The notes: generated by a model from the letters alone, not told the origin. A stretch of 64,000 bases of DNA from Octopus vulgaris (GCA_951406725.2 OX597816.1:155558001-155622000), one strand, 5' to 3'; shown: positions 1 to 13,144, counted from the stretch's first letter. Made by a program: numbers and translations.

Positions 1-169
1 TGGGTATAAAGCTTTTCAGTGTTGGTTGAGTTTAAGGTGGTTCTGTCTCTAATATTTTATATATATACGAATTAAACATTGAGAGATGTTCATTTTAGTA
101 AATCTAATTTGAATGTCTTTTTCCTGTGTACTTGGAAGTAATATTCCCTAATAATATATATAAATCAGA

Positions 170-1015
170 AACAATCTGTCCGTGACTCTTTCAAACCTTT
201 TTTTCAAACTTTTTTCACCTTTTTTCTTCTTCTTCACCTTTCTTCTTCTACCTCCATTTTCCCACTTGTGTTGCCACCACCTACACCTACACAAACTTTC
301 ACCACTTCTCACACCGACACATATACATACACACAACATATACCTCCACGCACACATACACATACGTACACACATATAAGCACAGACACACACATACATA
401 CGCACACTCTCACACAATCATACACACGTATATATACACACACACGCACGTACAAGCACACATGCACACATACACTAAGTCTAAGCACAGTTACTCGCCA
501 TACACACAAAAAAACGCACACGTACACACACACATACTACAAAACACACACACGATACATATACACGCACACACACATACCTCCCTGTTTCTGATCTGCC
601 TTTCTGACTTGCTAGGGTACCCCCACCCATTCCTTAATTCCCTACTGCTTGCTACTAGCCCTCGTCCACCATACACACACATACACACACACACGCACAC
701 ACTCACACACACGCACCCTTGTCATCTCGCACACCTTTTTTACCATTCATTCTCTGATTCAGCTCTTTTGTTTTTAAAAAACACTTTTCCTTCCTTTTGA
801 CCACTTCCGTTTTTTAGTATGTGACCTCGTGTAGACTACCTGCTATTTTTTTTCCTCTGTCCTCCCGTCTCGGGATGTTTCTTTCTCCTATGTTTCCGAC
901 GAAGAGCTCCGCTCGAAACGTCAAACCCTCCTTCTTTCCTGAGCGTCCAATAATACTTTATTTGTTCCACATCCTTGCGTTGTTGTTTTTTTGTTTTCTT
1001 GTTTGGATTAACTTT
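170..1015 (+). mobile_element. 3' non-coding end (pLTR-like, CA-rich) of a Penelope-like element carrying a hammerhead motif
   Basis: CA-rich tract followed by a terminal block (CGGGAT...TTTCCGACGAAGAGCTCCGCTCGAAACGTC...CCTGAGCG...TTTGGATTAA) highly similar to 22740-22900, which lies downstream of a GIY-YIG PLE ORF; ends in (TA)n. Confidence 0.7.
892..926 (+). ncRNA. Minimal type I hammerhead ribozyme motif (U4C core variant, extra A after A9)
   Basis: GTTT-CCGACGA-A-GAGC(TCC)GCTC-GAAA-CG-TC-AAAC: stem I GTTT/AAAC, stem II GAGC/GCTC, palindromic ACGT stem III, predicted cleavage after C922. Confidence 0.7.
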
Positions 1016-1109
1016 ATATATATATATATATATATATACACGTCTTCATAGCAGCCTACTAACAAATCTACCTGTGTATATATAAACTGTGGGTATTGGG
1101 GTATCACTA

Positions 1110-1835
1110 CCTTCTACGTATATTTCCTATTTAGTACTGGGAATGTTTCATTTATGAGGACGTACTCCTGTATTTGTCTGAGTGTTGGGTCCTTCGGTTG
1201 CTTGGATAAAATGCGGATGTCAAGTCGACCCAGTATGCCTCCATGTTGGTCTTCAGCATATTGGTAGAGTACGGAGGACTATTTTTTGTCGTCATATTGT
1301 CTCAAAGGTACTTTTAGTCTCTCCGTAAAGCTTCTAGATGTTTCACCAATAAATGTCATATTCTTATTTTTACAAGCACCCTCTATGTACCTTCTGCTGT
1401 AGACTTCATTTCTAGTTCTACAGTTAATGCCAGTTAATCTTACATACCATGCAGTTCTCATTGGTGTATGTGGTATCCTCAGAGGACTACGTCCTGCATA
1501 ATTATGATCTGATGGAGCTCCTTGGCTTTTCAACGATGTTAATGTTGCGGTTGCACTCCTTCAGAGCTTTCCTAAATTCTCCATTTCTCCATGGGCTGTG
1601 GCCTCTACAAACATCACTCCGTGATATTTGTCGGCCTTGTACCATGTGTTCACCCTGTTTGCTTCGTCACAAACTCTCTGTATCCTATTCTAGTTTTTAC
1701 TTCCGTATCTGGGGCAGATAACACTGGCTGCATTACATATAATGCTATCTGACTTCTTCCTTTCTCCCATGTATGCCTGAACCCTATCTTTCTGGCCATA
1801 TCCAATACATATAGTAGCAACAGCATTACCTTTAA
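1110..1835 (-). mobile_element. Degenerate Penelope-like element C-terminus (GIY-YIG endonuclease)
   Basis: ORF 1279-1533 NCRTRNEVY...CKNKNMTFIGETSRSFTERL; downstream frame HGGILGRLDIRILSKQPKDPTLRQIQEYVLINETFPVLNRK, typical of a PLE GIY-YIG C-terminus; frameshifted. Confidence 0.65.
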
Positions 1836-2869
1836 TTCGATATATATATGTATATATATATATATATAATAGAAATATTAAAATTACTAAGTCTCTCTCT
1901 AAAGGAGATTACGGCAGCGTTACTGGAAATTAATAGTTATCGCCATACTAATATGGCAGTCTTATAAATATAAGACTAAAGCTGTCGCTGATTAGCTCCA
2001 AGAGGCCACCGCCTCAAGCTAGCTATTTGACACACGAACCTGCGTCCATTACAAACCTTCGAACAAGGGAGGTCAGCCGCTTCATCCTGCCAGTCAGACA
2101 GCTACAGACATGTTAAACAAAGAAAATGTGTTCTGGTGGTGTTGTAAATGGGTGATTTGTTTGTTTTAATGTCTTCGTGTGTTATGTTTGTTTTGTACTT
2201 ATGTATTCTATCAACTATGCATTTTTTTTGTGTTGATGGCCTTGAGCCCTGTTGATGCGTATATTTTTGTTGTGTTGGTGTTGTTTGTATTTGTGTTTGA
2301 AACATTTTCAGTTGTGTATCTTCTTGCTTTGATGAGATTCATAAAATGCCGGAAGAGTTGCAGATATTTGTTTTTTCTTTTTATTTATTTATTTTGTTAA
2401 AAAATGATCATTTCCAAGGGCACTGTGAGAAAAATCTGAAAAATCCCCATCAAAACGGAGAAATTCTAACTTGTGTGTGCTACATATCGCTGACGTCCGC
2501 CTGTACGTATGTATGTATGTATGCATGTACGCATTTATGCATGTATGCATATATGTTTGTAAATATAATCCACCCAATGTACAACCATATTCTGGTAACT
2601 ACTTGTGTATGTATTTTCCAATTGTAATTCTTTGGGAAATTGTAGCTCTTTTATATTCAGTTGATATCTCCTCTATTGCTGTTCATTTTTATTGGAAACT
2701 TATTGTGTCCGCTGTGGCTCAGCTATCATTGGTCTAAATAAATAACTTTTATATCAAATATACACGACTCACTGCCATTATTCTGTTAACGCAGCACAAA
2801 TGATTACAATGCTAAATTGTATAGATTTCCCTCCAAACAACCGAAAGGTATTTCAGTTTGAAAAGCAAC

Positions 2870-3180
2870 AGTAGTTTCTTCTGAATATCTAGTGATATTG
2901 TCATTGGCTTTTATTACTGGAAAATCTAATATTATGTTGATTGTCACTTTCAAAGGAACGATACTAAAAGCTTTTCTTTATCTAAGTTAGAAATGTTTCC
3001 TGCGCCTTCTGTTTCTTTTAAGCTCTCTAGAAACTCTTTAGTTGAACGAATAATGAACCGTTCGACTAAGTAGTAGTTGAAAACAGTGTCAAAAACAAAG
3101 AAGTTGATATTGTGGAGATCTGGAAAAGTTGATGGACTTTGGAGCGGCAATGTTCAATTAAGAACTATTCAGAAAATAGG
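2870..3180 (-). mobile_element. Highly degenerate Tc1/mariner transposase C-terminal remnant
   Basis: ORF 2950-3150 PLQSPSTFPDLHNINFFVF...NLDKEKL resembles the WPPxSPDLNPLD(F/Y)xxW region. Confidence 0.3.
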
Positions 3181-3559
3181 AAAATCCTTAGTGAAACAGA
3201 TAAATATTGTGTGAACTCAGTCGTGATTATTTGGTTGTGGGAATGTGTGGTGTCTGTATGTATAACCCATTGGAATATTTCCACGAATATAGACGGGTGG
3301 TACTAAAGTGCCTAACATGTACTATGTGGATCTTGTTTCTTTCTTCTTTGTATCTATCCCTTCTATGTATATCAATATCTACTCCTTACGGAGATTAAAT
3401 AAGATTGTATAATTTTAATATTTTGAACTTTATTTTACCGTCGACGACTGAGTGGTCGGCATAGACTTCTCAGAAAGCAATATAAAACAATGCAAACGCC
3501 AAATGTTAAGCTACAAAAAAAAAATAATAAACATACCGGAAATAGAAAAAAATAACTCT

Positions 3560-4620
3560 TCATCAGAAAAACAGCAAAATAAGCAGCATATTGACGATGA
3601 TGACAACTGACTACATCAAACATGGATTAAGCAACAGCTTACTCCAATCCATTATAGAGACGCACAACAGAAGTTTCCTTTTCTTTGCTAAGGCCATAAT
3701 GGCTTTTCTCATTTCCTTGGAAACAGCCTTAACAGATATGTTTTGGTGAAATCTCTTTTTTATTGCAAGAAGGGCATATGGCACCATAAGAAGACAGGAT
3801 TAAAGTGTAAGTTGAAATTGTCTGAGTAACAGCTGCCCATCAATTCGTTCCACAATATTTGGCATGATAAAACACAAGGGTTACCGTCAGGGATATCAGT
3901 GACGATCTCGAAGTTGGGTAGTCGTCAATTTTGTTGTGCAATATGAACAGCTAATCACCAAACATTACAACTGCCGTTAATATGATTTGGTGATATGTGG
4001 CGGTGAGGTCAACATGAATTTTACAGGTACTTTTAACTCCTCAAAGTCACAAAAAAGAATACCAAAATTGTATCCTATAGAGATGCTGAGAGAAAGCCTT
4101 TAAAACTCAACACCCAGGACGGACGGTACAGTTGCTACAAGTCATTTAGGGATTTTCTGCACAAAATCTTGAAAGAACAAAGCCAACAAATACAAGCATG
4201 GAGATAACTGGTCCTAAAGTGATACCCGGCAAAACTCTGGAGTCGGCAAAGAATTGGTCCTCTAGAATAAGTCTTCATTGCAAGCAGAGAATTGTGAACT
4301 CCAGAAATCTCTCATCCAGTCACAACTGGTGAAGGTAATGGAAGTCAAAAAGATCTGACAAGACAATTTACTCCATTGATTTCCAAGGTAATAGACCGAG
4401 GAGGGCAAGGTTTCACTTTTTAAGCAACATAACAAGGACAGATTGTTAAAATTTCTGACAAATATTGTGAAACTTTGTCAATGATCCGCAGGATGTAGTT
4501 CTTACCTGCCGACTATAATCATAGAGAATTTCCCGGAAGGTTTTTGGATCTCCAGCAATGAACAATATACAAAGGAAGTAGAATGATTTTTAAAGTGGGA
4601 TGCCTTGAACAACGCAAGTG
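3560..4620 (-). mobile_element. Highly degenerate Helitron PIF1-like helicase remnant
   Basis: Broken frames give FIAGDPKTFREIL (cf. AGDFRQILP), PVKF..SPPH (cf. PVEF..LPPH) and SCHHRQ (cf. FSHGQ) in the expected order. Confidence 0.35.
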
Positions 4621-4929
4621 GACGTTAAAATTACTGTTTTATTACGCTTTTAAAAAATATATTCTGGGCAAATATTTGTATGTCTATTTTTAATTGATTT
4701 TAAATTTGTCCCATTATATATCGCATAATTTTCAATCTGACCTTGCCTTTGCGTAACTTCTTCGTCTATCCTACAAATCTTTGTAAGCCCCTTAAAATTT
4801 CGGTCAGTATACTGTTTAAGCCCGTCACGCAAAGAAAAAAAAAGAAAGAAAACAGCCTACTAGGTGTAAAAAAATGTGTATAAAACAAATATGGAAACAA
4901 AAATTTGTGCGAACGAACGAGGTGGGTGT

Positions 4930-5290
4930 TGAGAGGACTTTCGGAAAATTCACGAGATCCGATTTTTCCTTCATATCTTTCCGGAAAATGGATATATATA
5001 AATGAAATTTTATAGAAATACTGTTCAAATGACACAAATTACGATTATAAAAAAAATTCTGGGGAAAATGTTTTCCGATGGGGGAGGGGAGAGGATTTCG
5101 GAAAATTCACACGATCCGTTTTATCCGTCATAGCTTTCAGGAAAATGGATATCTTTTCATGAAATTTTACAGAAACACCTTACAAACAGCATAGATTAAG
5201 ATTATAAAGAAAATGTTTTCCTAAGGGGTGGGGAGAGGACTGTCAGAAAGTTCCCTCGATCCGTTTTTTCCCCTCATAACTTTCATGCTC
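4930..5290. repeat. Degenerate tandem array, ~150 bp unit, about 2.4 copies
   Basis: Units start GAGAGGA(C/T)TTTCGGAAAATTCAC..GATCCG at ~4931, ~5089 and ~5232. Confidence 0.7.
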
Positions 5291-6142
5291 TAGCGCCCGG
5301 TCACCAAAACGAAAAAAGAAATCCAGTCTAATAGGTGTAAAACAAAACATGTAGAAAACGAATATGAAAACAAAAATTCCACCCTAATCCTCCATTTCGG
5401 AGACAAGAAATCTCCCTGACACAATTCATTTCCCTTGTGAGAGTCAGGAGGCTTTGGAAGCTGAGTTAAGTGATGGTGTGGTTCAAAATAATATAGTGAG
5501 TTGTACATTTTGCATTTTCATGGTTTTACCTACAAGTTCATTAATAACCTCTCTGCCTCTCTCTAACTGATTGTCTAAGTTTAGCACACTGCATGAATAT
5601 TGCAGTTTCTTCTTCTGATCTAAATTTTATAAATCTCGATGATAATTGATCAGTAATTAACTCAGTGATACTTGATAGTTGCTTTTGATCATTCTGAATG
5701 TCTATTTCCGCATGAATTTGAAACTTTGTCAAGTTTCAAGGAATATTTAAATGTGCTCTTGCCAACATATTTCAATGACATCAAACATTTTACCAGTTTC
5801 TTGTTTATTAGTATTCAGATCATTGAAAAGTGAACAGAAACTTTAAAACAAATGTTAATTTATGCATCTCAGTTTACGCCAGGCTGCTTCCATGCTATTG
5901 TAACCAGAGAAACTGTCTTTCATATTTGTACACAGAGTATATGAAAGATATGTTTATTGACACACACATTATGAACAAAAGGTTCTCAAACAAGCATATT
6001 CTTATTGCTATATACACATGTTATGAAAAGAACTTTTTCATATTGATGCAGGCTACTTATTATAAACAATACCAATATAAGACTGTGTAGTGTTCATTTA
6101 TTTTAACTGCTTATGTTTTCATTTGCTTTGATTCGTTGTAAC

Positions 6143-6553
6143 ACTCTCTTTTACTCTTTTAGTTGTTTCAGTCATTTGACTGTGGCCATGCTGGAGCACC
6201 GCCTTTAGTCGAGCAAATCGACCCCAGGACTTATTCTTTGTAAGCCCAGTACTTATTCTATCGATCTCTTTTGCCGAACCGCTAAGTGACAGGGACGTAA
6301 ACACACCAGCATCGGTTGTCAAGCAATGCTAGGGGGACAAACACAGACACACAAACACACACATACATATATATATACATACATATATACGACAGGCTTC
6401 TTTCAGTTTCCGTCTACCAAATCCACTCACAAGGCATTGGTCGGCCCGGGGCTATAGCAGAAGACACTTGCCCAAGATGCCACGCAGTGGGACTGAACCC
6501 GGAACCATGTGGTTGGTAAGCAAGCTACTTACCACACAGCCACTCCTGTGCCT
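6143..6553 (-). mobile_element. Full-length tRNA-derived SINE with CR1/L2-type tail
   Basis: Minus strand starts GGCACAGGAGTGGCTGTGTGGTAAG (A box) and GGTTCAGTCCC (B box); internal CA/TA microsatellite; tail GGTGCTCCAGCATGGCCACAGTCAAATGACTGAAAC..(AAAAGAGT)n; near-identical copy at 60625-61012. Confidence 0.9.
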
Positions 6554-7229
6554 GTTGCATTCTAGTTAAAATATCAACAAATGTGCTCATCTCCTCACTA
6601 CCACTACCTTAGGAAGATGCATGCCACTTACATTCGTAGAACATGGCACTGAAAAATGCTTTTTATCTAATTTATTATCAGACAGATAGGGTTTGTTCTT
6701 AAAACTTTGCGTATTCTTTGATAATTATAGTCAATGCAACCCAGTTTCATCCTCATTATATTTGTCGAACTATTAAAAACTCCACATTGCTTGATTTTCT
6801 TGGTTAGTTGCTGCCTGTTTCTCTATGGCATTTTCTAAATTGCCATAACCACTCATTATTTGCTTCAAAATAGTTGATACCAATATGCTTAGCTAAGGTG
6901 GCAGCAGATTTTTGACTGTCTATCCCACATTGTTACCACAGGATCATTGATGAATAAACCACTTCATCATTGCCCCCTCAATATCTCTCTTTTACTACTC
7001 TCTTACACTTTCTTGTACCAATATATAATACAAAGAGAATTTGTATTAACATATATTTCAAAATATAAAAAAAATACAGAGATTTTGTTCTCAGCCTTTC
7101 AAGTATCCAAAACAGTTTACTCTTTAACATACTTTTCACAAAAACCTCACCATCAAAGCACAGATTCTGACTTCCTGGCTCTCCATCAGTGTCTGATAGA
7201 AAGACAGAAAGAAGCAGAGAAATATTGCC

Positions 7230-7640
7230 TAGGTTTTCTTCTAACAGCAGCTATGCATAACAAAATAGCAATGAAAGATAGGAAAAATTAAGAACTAATT
7301 GTGATAAACTGGCTTAACATAATTTAAGCTCTACATGGGACAAGGTGTCGAACTGTCTGGAAATCTGCTGGAAGACCAAGCTAAATATTTTCATGAGGAA
7401 TTAGAACTAAATTATGGTGAGATTATAAGGAAGGTTAATTTTATGATTTCAGACAGAAATACAGCTTAAAGTATTATGCAGTGTGTTGTGGAAAGCATAC
7501 AGCTGACAAGGAAGCAATTGCTACATTTCTTAAGCAGTTTGTAAAATTAGTTCCTGATTGACAATTAACTCCTGAGCAGGTTTACAATGTTAATGCGACT
7601 GCTTTGTATAGAATGGTACTGCAAGAAATATCCTGACAAC
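7230..7640 (+). mobile_element. Tigger/pogo (CENP-B/Jerky-like) transposase remnant
   Basis: Broken frames GVELSGNLLEDQAKYFHEEL and LTPEQVYNVNATALY (cf. LTPEQIYNADETGLFW). Confidence 0.65.
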
Positions 7641-7707
7641 TAAGGATGTAGAATCTCCACTGCTGCTACTACTGCCATCACTGTTGCTACCATTGTGGTC
7701 ATTGCCA

Positions 7708-7950
7708 TTGTCATCATCATTTATTTCTATGCTTGAATGGGTTAGACAATTTGTCGAGGCAGATTTTCTACAGCTGGAAGCCATTCCTGTCATCAATTCT
7801 CACCTGTTTCCAAGTAAGGTAATATTTCCCCATGACCAGACATGTTTCCACAAAAGATTGGAAAAAAAAGGACACCACTTGCATGACAATAACACTTGCT
7901 AACAACTATCAAGTGATGTCAAGGCAAGAAGACCAACACACACACAAATG
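7708..7950 (-). mobile_element. SINE fragment with RTE-type (GAT)n tail
   Basis: (CAT)n then ATGGGTTAGAC..TTTCTACAGCTGG..CACCTGTTTCCAAGTAAGGTAATATTTCCCC, shared with copies at 31418-31700 and 43200-43590. Confidence 0.65.
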
Positions 7951-8039
7951 TGAATGATTATTAGTGGTGTAGGTAGACCAGAGTAGTAGTTGTATAGGAA
8001 GAGGGACAAATAAGGAGAGTATGTACTTGAAGGGTATGG

Positions 8040-9213
8040 TTTAATAGTTATGTTGTAATTTGATTCATCATTACTTTCTTTCAACCCATCACTTTCTTTC
8101 AAAATTTATTCCATCATATTTTATAGTCTGTTTCCGCTGTTGTACCAGAAGCTCAATTCCATGTTTATAGCATTTGGCTGGTTTAGAGGTAAAAACACTC
8201 CTTGCACTTGTTTTCCGCCTCATCCACATTATTGAACTTCTGTTCATGAAGGAAATAGCCCATGGCTTGGAAAAGGTAGATATCTGATAGTTCAAGGTCT
8301 ACATGGTAGGCAAGGTGAAGCAGCACCTCCAGCCCCTCAAGTTCGTCAAGGTTGTGTTTGGTCATGTTAGCAGTGTGTGCCAGGGCATTGTCATGCTGTG
8401 GGAGTGGATGTCTTTGATTGAGATTGACCACTGTTGGGTAGCAGGCTTTCAAAGCATCATATACTCACTGCAGTTGTTGAGCATTAAAATTAGTGTTCAT
8501 AGTATGACCATCTGGTAGAATTTCGAAGTGCAGTATACTCTTGATCTTCCACCAAACACACATGATCTGCTGTTCAAACCACGCTTGTATGACGACAGGT
8601 TTTGAAGACTGACCAGAACAAAGTCACTGATTTCTCTTATTAGTATTACAAAAATATATCCATTTTTCATCCCAGTTACAATTAAACATCAAAACATCAA
8701 AAATGGAAGTCCTGAGAATTTGTCAGAAGTTGTTTGCATATTGCATATCACTGAGCCTAGTCATTGTTTAATTCATGAGGAACTTCTCAACGGCATCTCT
8801 TTACCAGGCTGAACTTAAGGAGGTGTTTATTGATGGTTCCTTGTGGAGAACCAAGTTCTGCCAACAATGTATGAGTGTTTCTACTAGGCTGTTGTTTTAC
8901 CATTTCGTACAAGACCTCAACTCCCACAATAGAAGGGCTCCCAGACTTTGGTTTGTTTTTGAAGCTGGCATCACCTTCCTTAAAACATCTAGACCAGTTT
9001 TGTGTCACATGTTAGTTGGCAGTTCCTGATAAATTTTATTTTGCCACTGTCCTTGCACTCAATCCTTCTTTCCACAGGTACCATAAAATAGCTGATATTG
9101 CAATGTTTTCAATAACGTTTGGATGAGTGTATTAAATTAATAATATAACATGGAGATACAAGTTGCCAAAATTCATTAATGAAAATCTTAAAAAAACTTT
9201 TGACTCAGCATGG
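8040..9213 (-). mobile_element. Degenerate mariner (DD34D-type) transposon
   Basis: ORF 8787-9008 WSRCFKEGDASFKNKPKSGSP (HTH/GRPR linker); ORF 8183-8452 HDNALAH...HLAYHVDLELSDIYLF (cf. HDNARPH...HPPYSPDLAPSDYYLF). Confidence 0.85.
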
Positions 9214-9747
9214 TACATACACACACACACATGCATGCGTGCACATACACACATCTTCATGCATACAAATACACATATGGATGCACACCCACGCACATAC
9301 TCCACCGTCCCACATCAATTAGAGGTTGATTGTTTGTCTCAATGACAAGAGACAGAATTGTCTTACCAGAATCCATATGACTATGTTAGTGAAAAGGAGA
9401 AAAATATCTTAATGAAATTATTTCGTCAAATTTTCTATCTTTTAATTACACTTTTAAACATATTTAATGTTTTTTATACTTTTTAATACTGGTATAGTTA
9501 GGATAGCTTTTATTTCAAAGTTGCTTAACATAACACCTGATATATATATATATATTCGATTCAAATTGTTGCTGTCAACTTCGTCCGAAAAATGAATTCC
9601 AGCTAAGCAATTTAATTTAATTCAGCCCGTACCTACCAGAAATGTTTCTGTGCAATTGATTGATCTTTAGTTTCCCCTGTTTATCTCTATTTATGTTATG
9701 ACTTTTACTTTGTTTATTTCAGCCTCACGCCTCGTGTTATATATATG

Positions 9748-10212
9748 TCATAGAAATGGTCTGTGTCCATCGGGTAGCCCTGGCTGAGGGGCATAGGCCG
9801 ATATAATAGTTGCTAGACTATGATGGAGCACTAATCTAATCTTAAGTATTCTGTCACATACTCTGACTACCTCGATTACTTTATCTACCCATTTTTCGGC
9901 GATAAGTATACCCACACCCCCGACCCCGTCAGTATTCCCAGCCCAGAAAATCTTGTACCTCTGTCCTTTGTCTTTGAGAAATCTAGCAGAACCTCCTCTC
10001 CACCTCACTTCTTGAATGCAGCATATATCAATACACCTCCGTTCAAGCAATTCAACGATCTCGCCAGACCTGCCTTTCAGTGTGCCAATGTTGAGGGTGC
10101 CAACCCTGATGGAGTGGGAGGTATTGGCCCTAGTAGCATCATGAACCTGAAAAGAAAACTCGCGTTTGGCAGGATTCATAGACAAACAATAAAACTCAAG
10201 TTCAAACCGCAT
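9748..10212 (-). mobile_element. RTE-clade LINE 5' fragment, AP endonuclease domain (truncated)
   Basis: IRVGTLNIGTL..RRCIDICCIQEVRWRG..GVGILI..TIISAYAPQ APE motifs; truncated by a stop at a repeat junction. Confidence 0.9.
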
Positions 10213-10577
10213 ACACTACACTAACATATCTTGCAATGAATGACCACTACCTTTTATGGAAGGAGATGGGGGTGGCGTAAGACTTTGAAGTGTACATGGG
10301 AGACAACAAGGATGAGAAAATTTAGGACTTCCTGTAGCGGTGGAGGAGGTGGGAGGGCGGGTGCACCCGCGAAAACTAGCAGCCATGTGTGGGCGCCACT
10401 GGTAAGGAATATTGATCAGTAGGTATAAAATAAGGAGCTATAAAATTATAAATATACTTATTCTATATTTAACGAAACGTGAGGCTGATCGATAAAATTA
10501 CGGGGCGAGCTATAGGATTATATATATATTTAACACAAGACATGAGAGAGACAACGATAATTTGAGATGAACTATAT

Positions 10578-10619
<42 letters not shown>

Positions 10620-10719
10620 CAATTGATTGATATGTGCAATTGATTGATCTTTAGTTTCCCCTGTTTATCTCTATTTATGTTATGACTTTTACTTTGTTTA
10701 TTTCAGCCTCGCCTCGTGT

Positions 10720-10750
<31 letters not shown>

Positions 10751-10826
10751 AAAGTAAAAGTCATAACAGAAATAGAGATAAACAGGGGAAACTAAAGATC
10801 AATCAATTGCACATATCAATCAATTG

Positions 10827-10874
<48 letters not shown>

Positions 10875-11239
10875 GTATAGTTCATCTCAAATTATCGTTG
10901 TCTCTCTCATGTCTTGTGTTAAATATATATGTAATCCTATAGCTCGCCCCCTAATTTTATCGATCAGCCTAACGTTTCGTTAAATATAGAATAAGTATAT
11001 TTATAATTTTATAGCTCCTTATTTTATACCTACTGATCAATATTCCTTACCAGTGGCGCCCACACATGGCTGCTAGCTTTCGCGGGTGCACCCGCCCTCC
11101 CACCTCCTCCACCGCTACAGGAAGTCCTAAATTTTCTCATCCTTGTTGTCTCCCATGTACACTTCAAAGTCTTACGCCACCCCCATCTCCTTCCATAAAA
11201 GGTAGTGGTCATTCATTGCAAGATATGTTAGTGTAGCGT

Positions 11240-11704
11240 ATGCGGTTTGAACTTGAGTTTTATTGTTTGTCTATGAATCCTGCCAAACGCGAGTTTTCTT
11301 TTCAGGTTCATGATGCTACTAGGGCCAATACCTCCCACTCCATCAGGGTTGGCACCCTCAACATTGGCACACTGAAAGGCAGGTCTGGCGAGATCGTTGA
11401 ATTGCTTGAACGGAGGTGTATTGATATATGCTGCATTCAAGAAGTGAGGTGGAGAGGAGGTTCTGCTAGATTTCTCAAAGGCAAAGGACAGAGGTACAAG
11501 ATTTTCTGGGCTGGGAATACTGACGGGGTCGGGGGTGTGGGTATACTTATCGCCGAAAAATGGGTAGATAAAGTAATCGAGGTAGTCAGAGTATGTGACA
11601 GAATACTTAAGATTAGATTAGTGCTCCATCATAGTCTAGCAACTATTATATCGGCCTATGCCCCTCAGCCAGGGCTACCCGATGGACACAGACCATTTCT
11701 ATGA
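11240..11704 (+). mobile_element. RTE-clade LINE 5' fragment, AP endonuclease domain (mirror copy)
   Basis: 154 aa ORF identical to 9748-10212 except D>G. Confidence 0.9.
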
Positions 11705-12322
11705 CATATATTATAACACGAGGCGTGAGGCTGAAATAAACAAAGTAAAAGTCATAACATAAATAGAGATAAACAGGGGAAACTAAAGATCAATCAATTG
11801 CACAGAAACATTTCTGGTAGGTACAGGCTGAATTAAATTAAATTGCTTAGCTGGAATTCATTTTTCGGACGAAGTTGACAGCAACAATTTGAATCGAATA
11901 TATATATATATATCAGGTGTTATGTTAAGCAACTTTGAAATAAAAGCTATCCTAACTATACCAGTATTAAAAAGTATAAAAAACATTAAATATGTTTAAA
12001 AGTGTAATTAAAAGATAGAAAATTTGACGAAATAATTTCATTAAGATATTTTTCTCCTTTTCACTAACATAGTCATATGGATTCTGGTAAGACAATTCTG
12101 TCTCTTGTCATTGAGACAAACAATCAACCTCTAATTGATGTGGGACGGTGGGGTATGTGCGTGGGTGTGCATGCATATGTGTATTTGTATGCATGAAGGT
12201 GTGTGTATGTGCACGCATGCATGTGTGTGTGTGTATGTACCATGCTGAGTCAAAAGTTTTTTAAGATTTTCATTAATGAATTTTGGCAACTTGTATCTCC
12301 ATGTTATATTATTAATTTAATA

Positions 12323-12586
12323 GCCTCGCCTGGCCCCCGTGCCGGTGGCACGTAAAAGCACCATCCGTTCGTGGCCGTTTGCCAGCTCTGTCTGGCACCT
12401 GTGCAGGTGGCACGTAAAAAGCACCCACTACACTCACGGAGTGAGTGTAGAAACACTGCCAGATCCAGCCATAGAAACACTGCCAGATCAGACTGGGCCT
12501 GAAGCAGCCTTCTGGCTTCACAAACCCCAGTTGAACCATCCAACCCATGCTAACATGGAAAGCGGACGTTAAATGATGATGATGAT
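12323..12586 (+). mobile_element. RTE LINE 3'UTR fragment
   Basis: GGTGGCACGTAAAAGCACC subrepeats and CCAACCCATGCTAACATGGAAAGCGGACGTTAAAT(GAT)n tail; same 3'UTR follows an RTE ORF end at 57152-57625. Confidence 0.85.
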
Positions 12587-12789
12587 ATATATATAGTGAA
12601 TATGCTTGGAATACACATTAACATAACTGAACATTGTTAATCCTTAAGACATAGTGTTAAGCATTTATGTTAGGAATTAATGTTTGCATTCAAGGCATTA
12701 AGTTGTGTTTCACCTCACACTAAGCAGTGTCACTGTCATCTGGTTCTAATTCCCAGGTGAATCAATTTTAATTCAAGTGTGTGTGTGTG

Positions 12790-12821
<32 letters not shown>

Positions 12822-13074
12822 ATTAGAAAATTGAGAACTTGATTGTATACAGATAAATTTACTAATTAATATATTCACCAATATGTTGATTAATTAATAA
12901 ATTAATTTGTAACTATTAGATCTCACTGATTTCCAACTCGATAAAAATGTTTGATATGTTACGGTATTCTATATAATATATTCATTGAAGAATTATCGCT
13001 TCAATATTTGAGATATTAAACCAGTGCATCTTGGATGAATATCCCTATATGAGGTTTAAATATCCTTTTTGTAA

Positions 13075-13144
13075 CTATATATATATACATTGATTCATAT
13101 ATATATATATGAATTAATATATGTGTGCCTATATATATATATAG

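Larger units (their letters stand above)
9130..12322. repeat. ~3.2 kb palindrome (inverted duplication, arms ~1.57 kb, ~45 bp spacer)
   Basis: 9130-10700 is the reverse complement of 10746-12322 apart from roughly ten substitutions and microsatellite length changes; mirrored ORFs 9748-10212(-) and 11240-11704(+). Confidence 0.97.

Noticed and set aside
5541-5732. 63 aa minus ORF near a possible splice donor
   Set aside because: No recognisable domain or consistent exon frame; may be a hAT remnant.
6470-6553. tRNA-like A/B boxes
   Set aside because: SINE head with no complete cloverleaf; not a tRNA gene.
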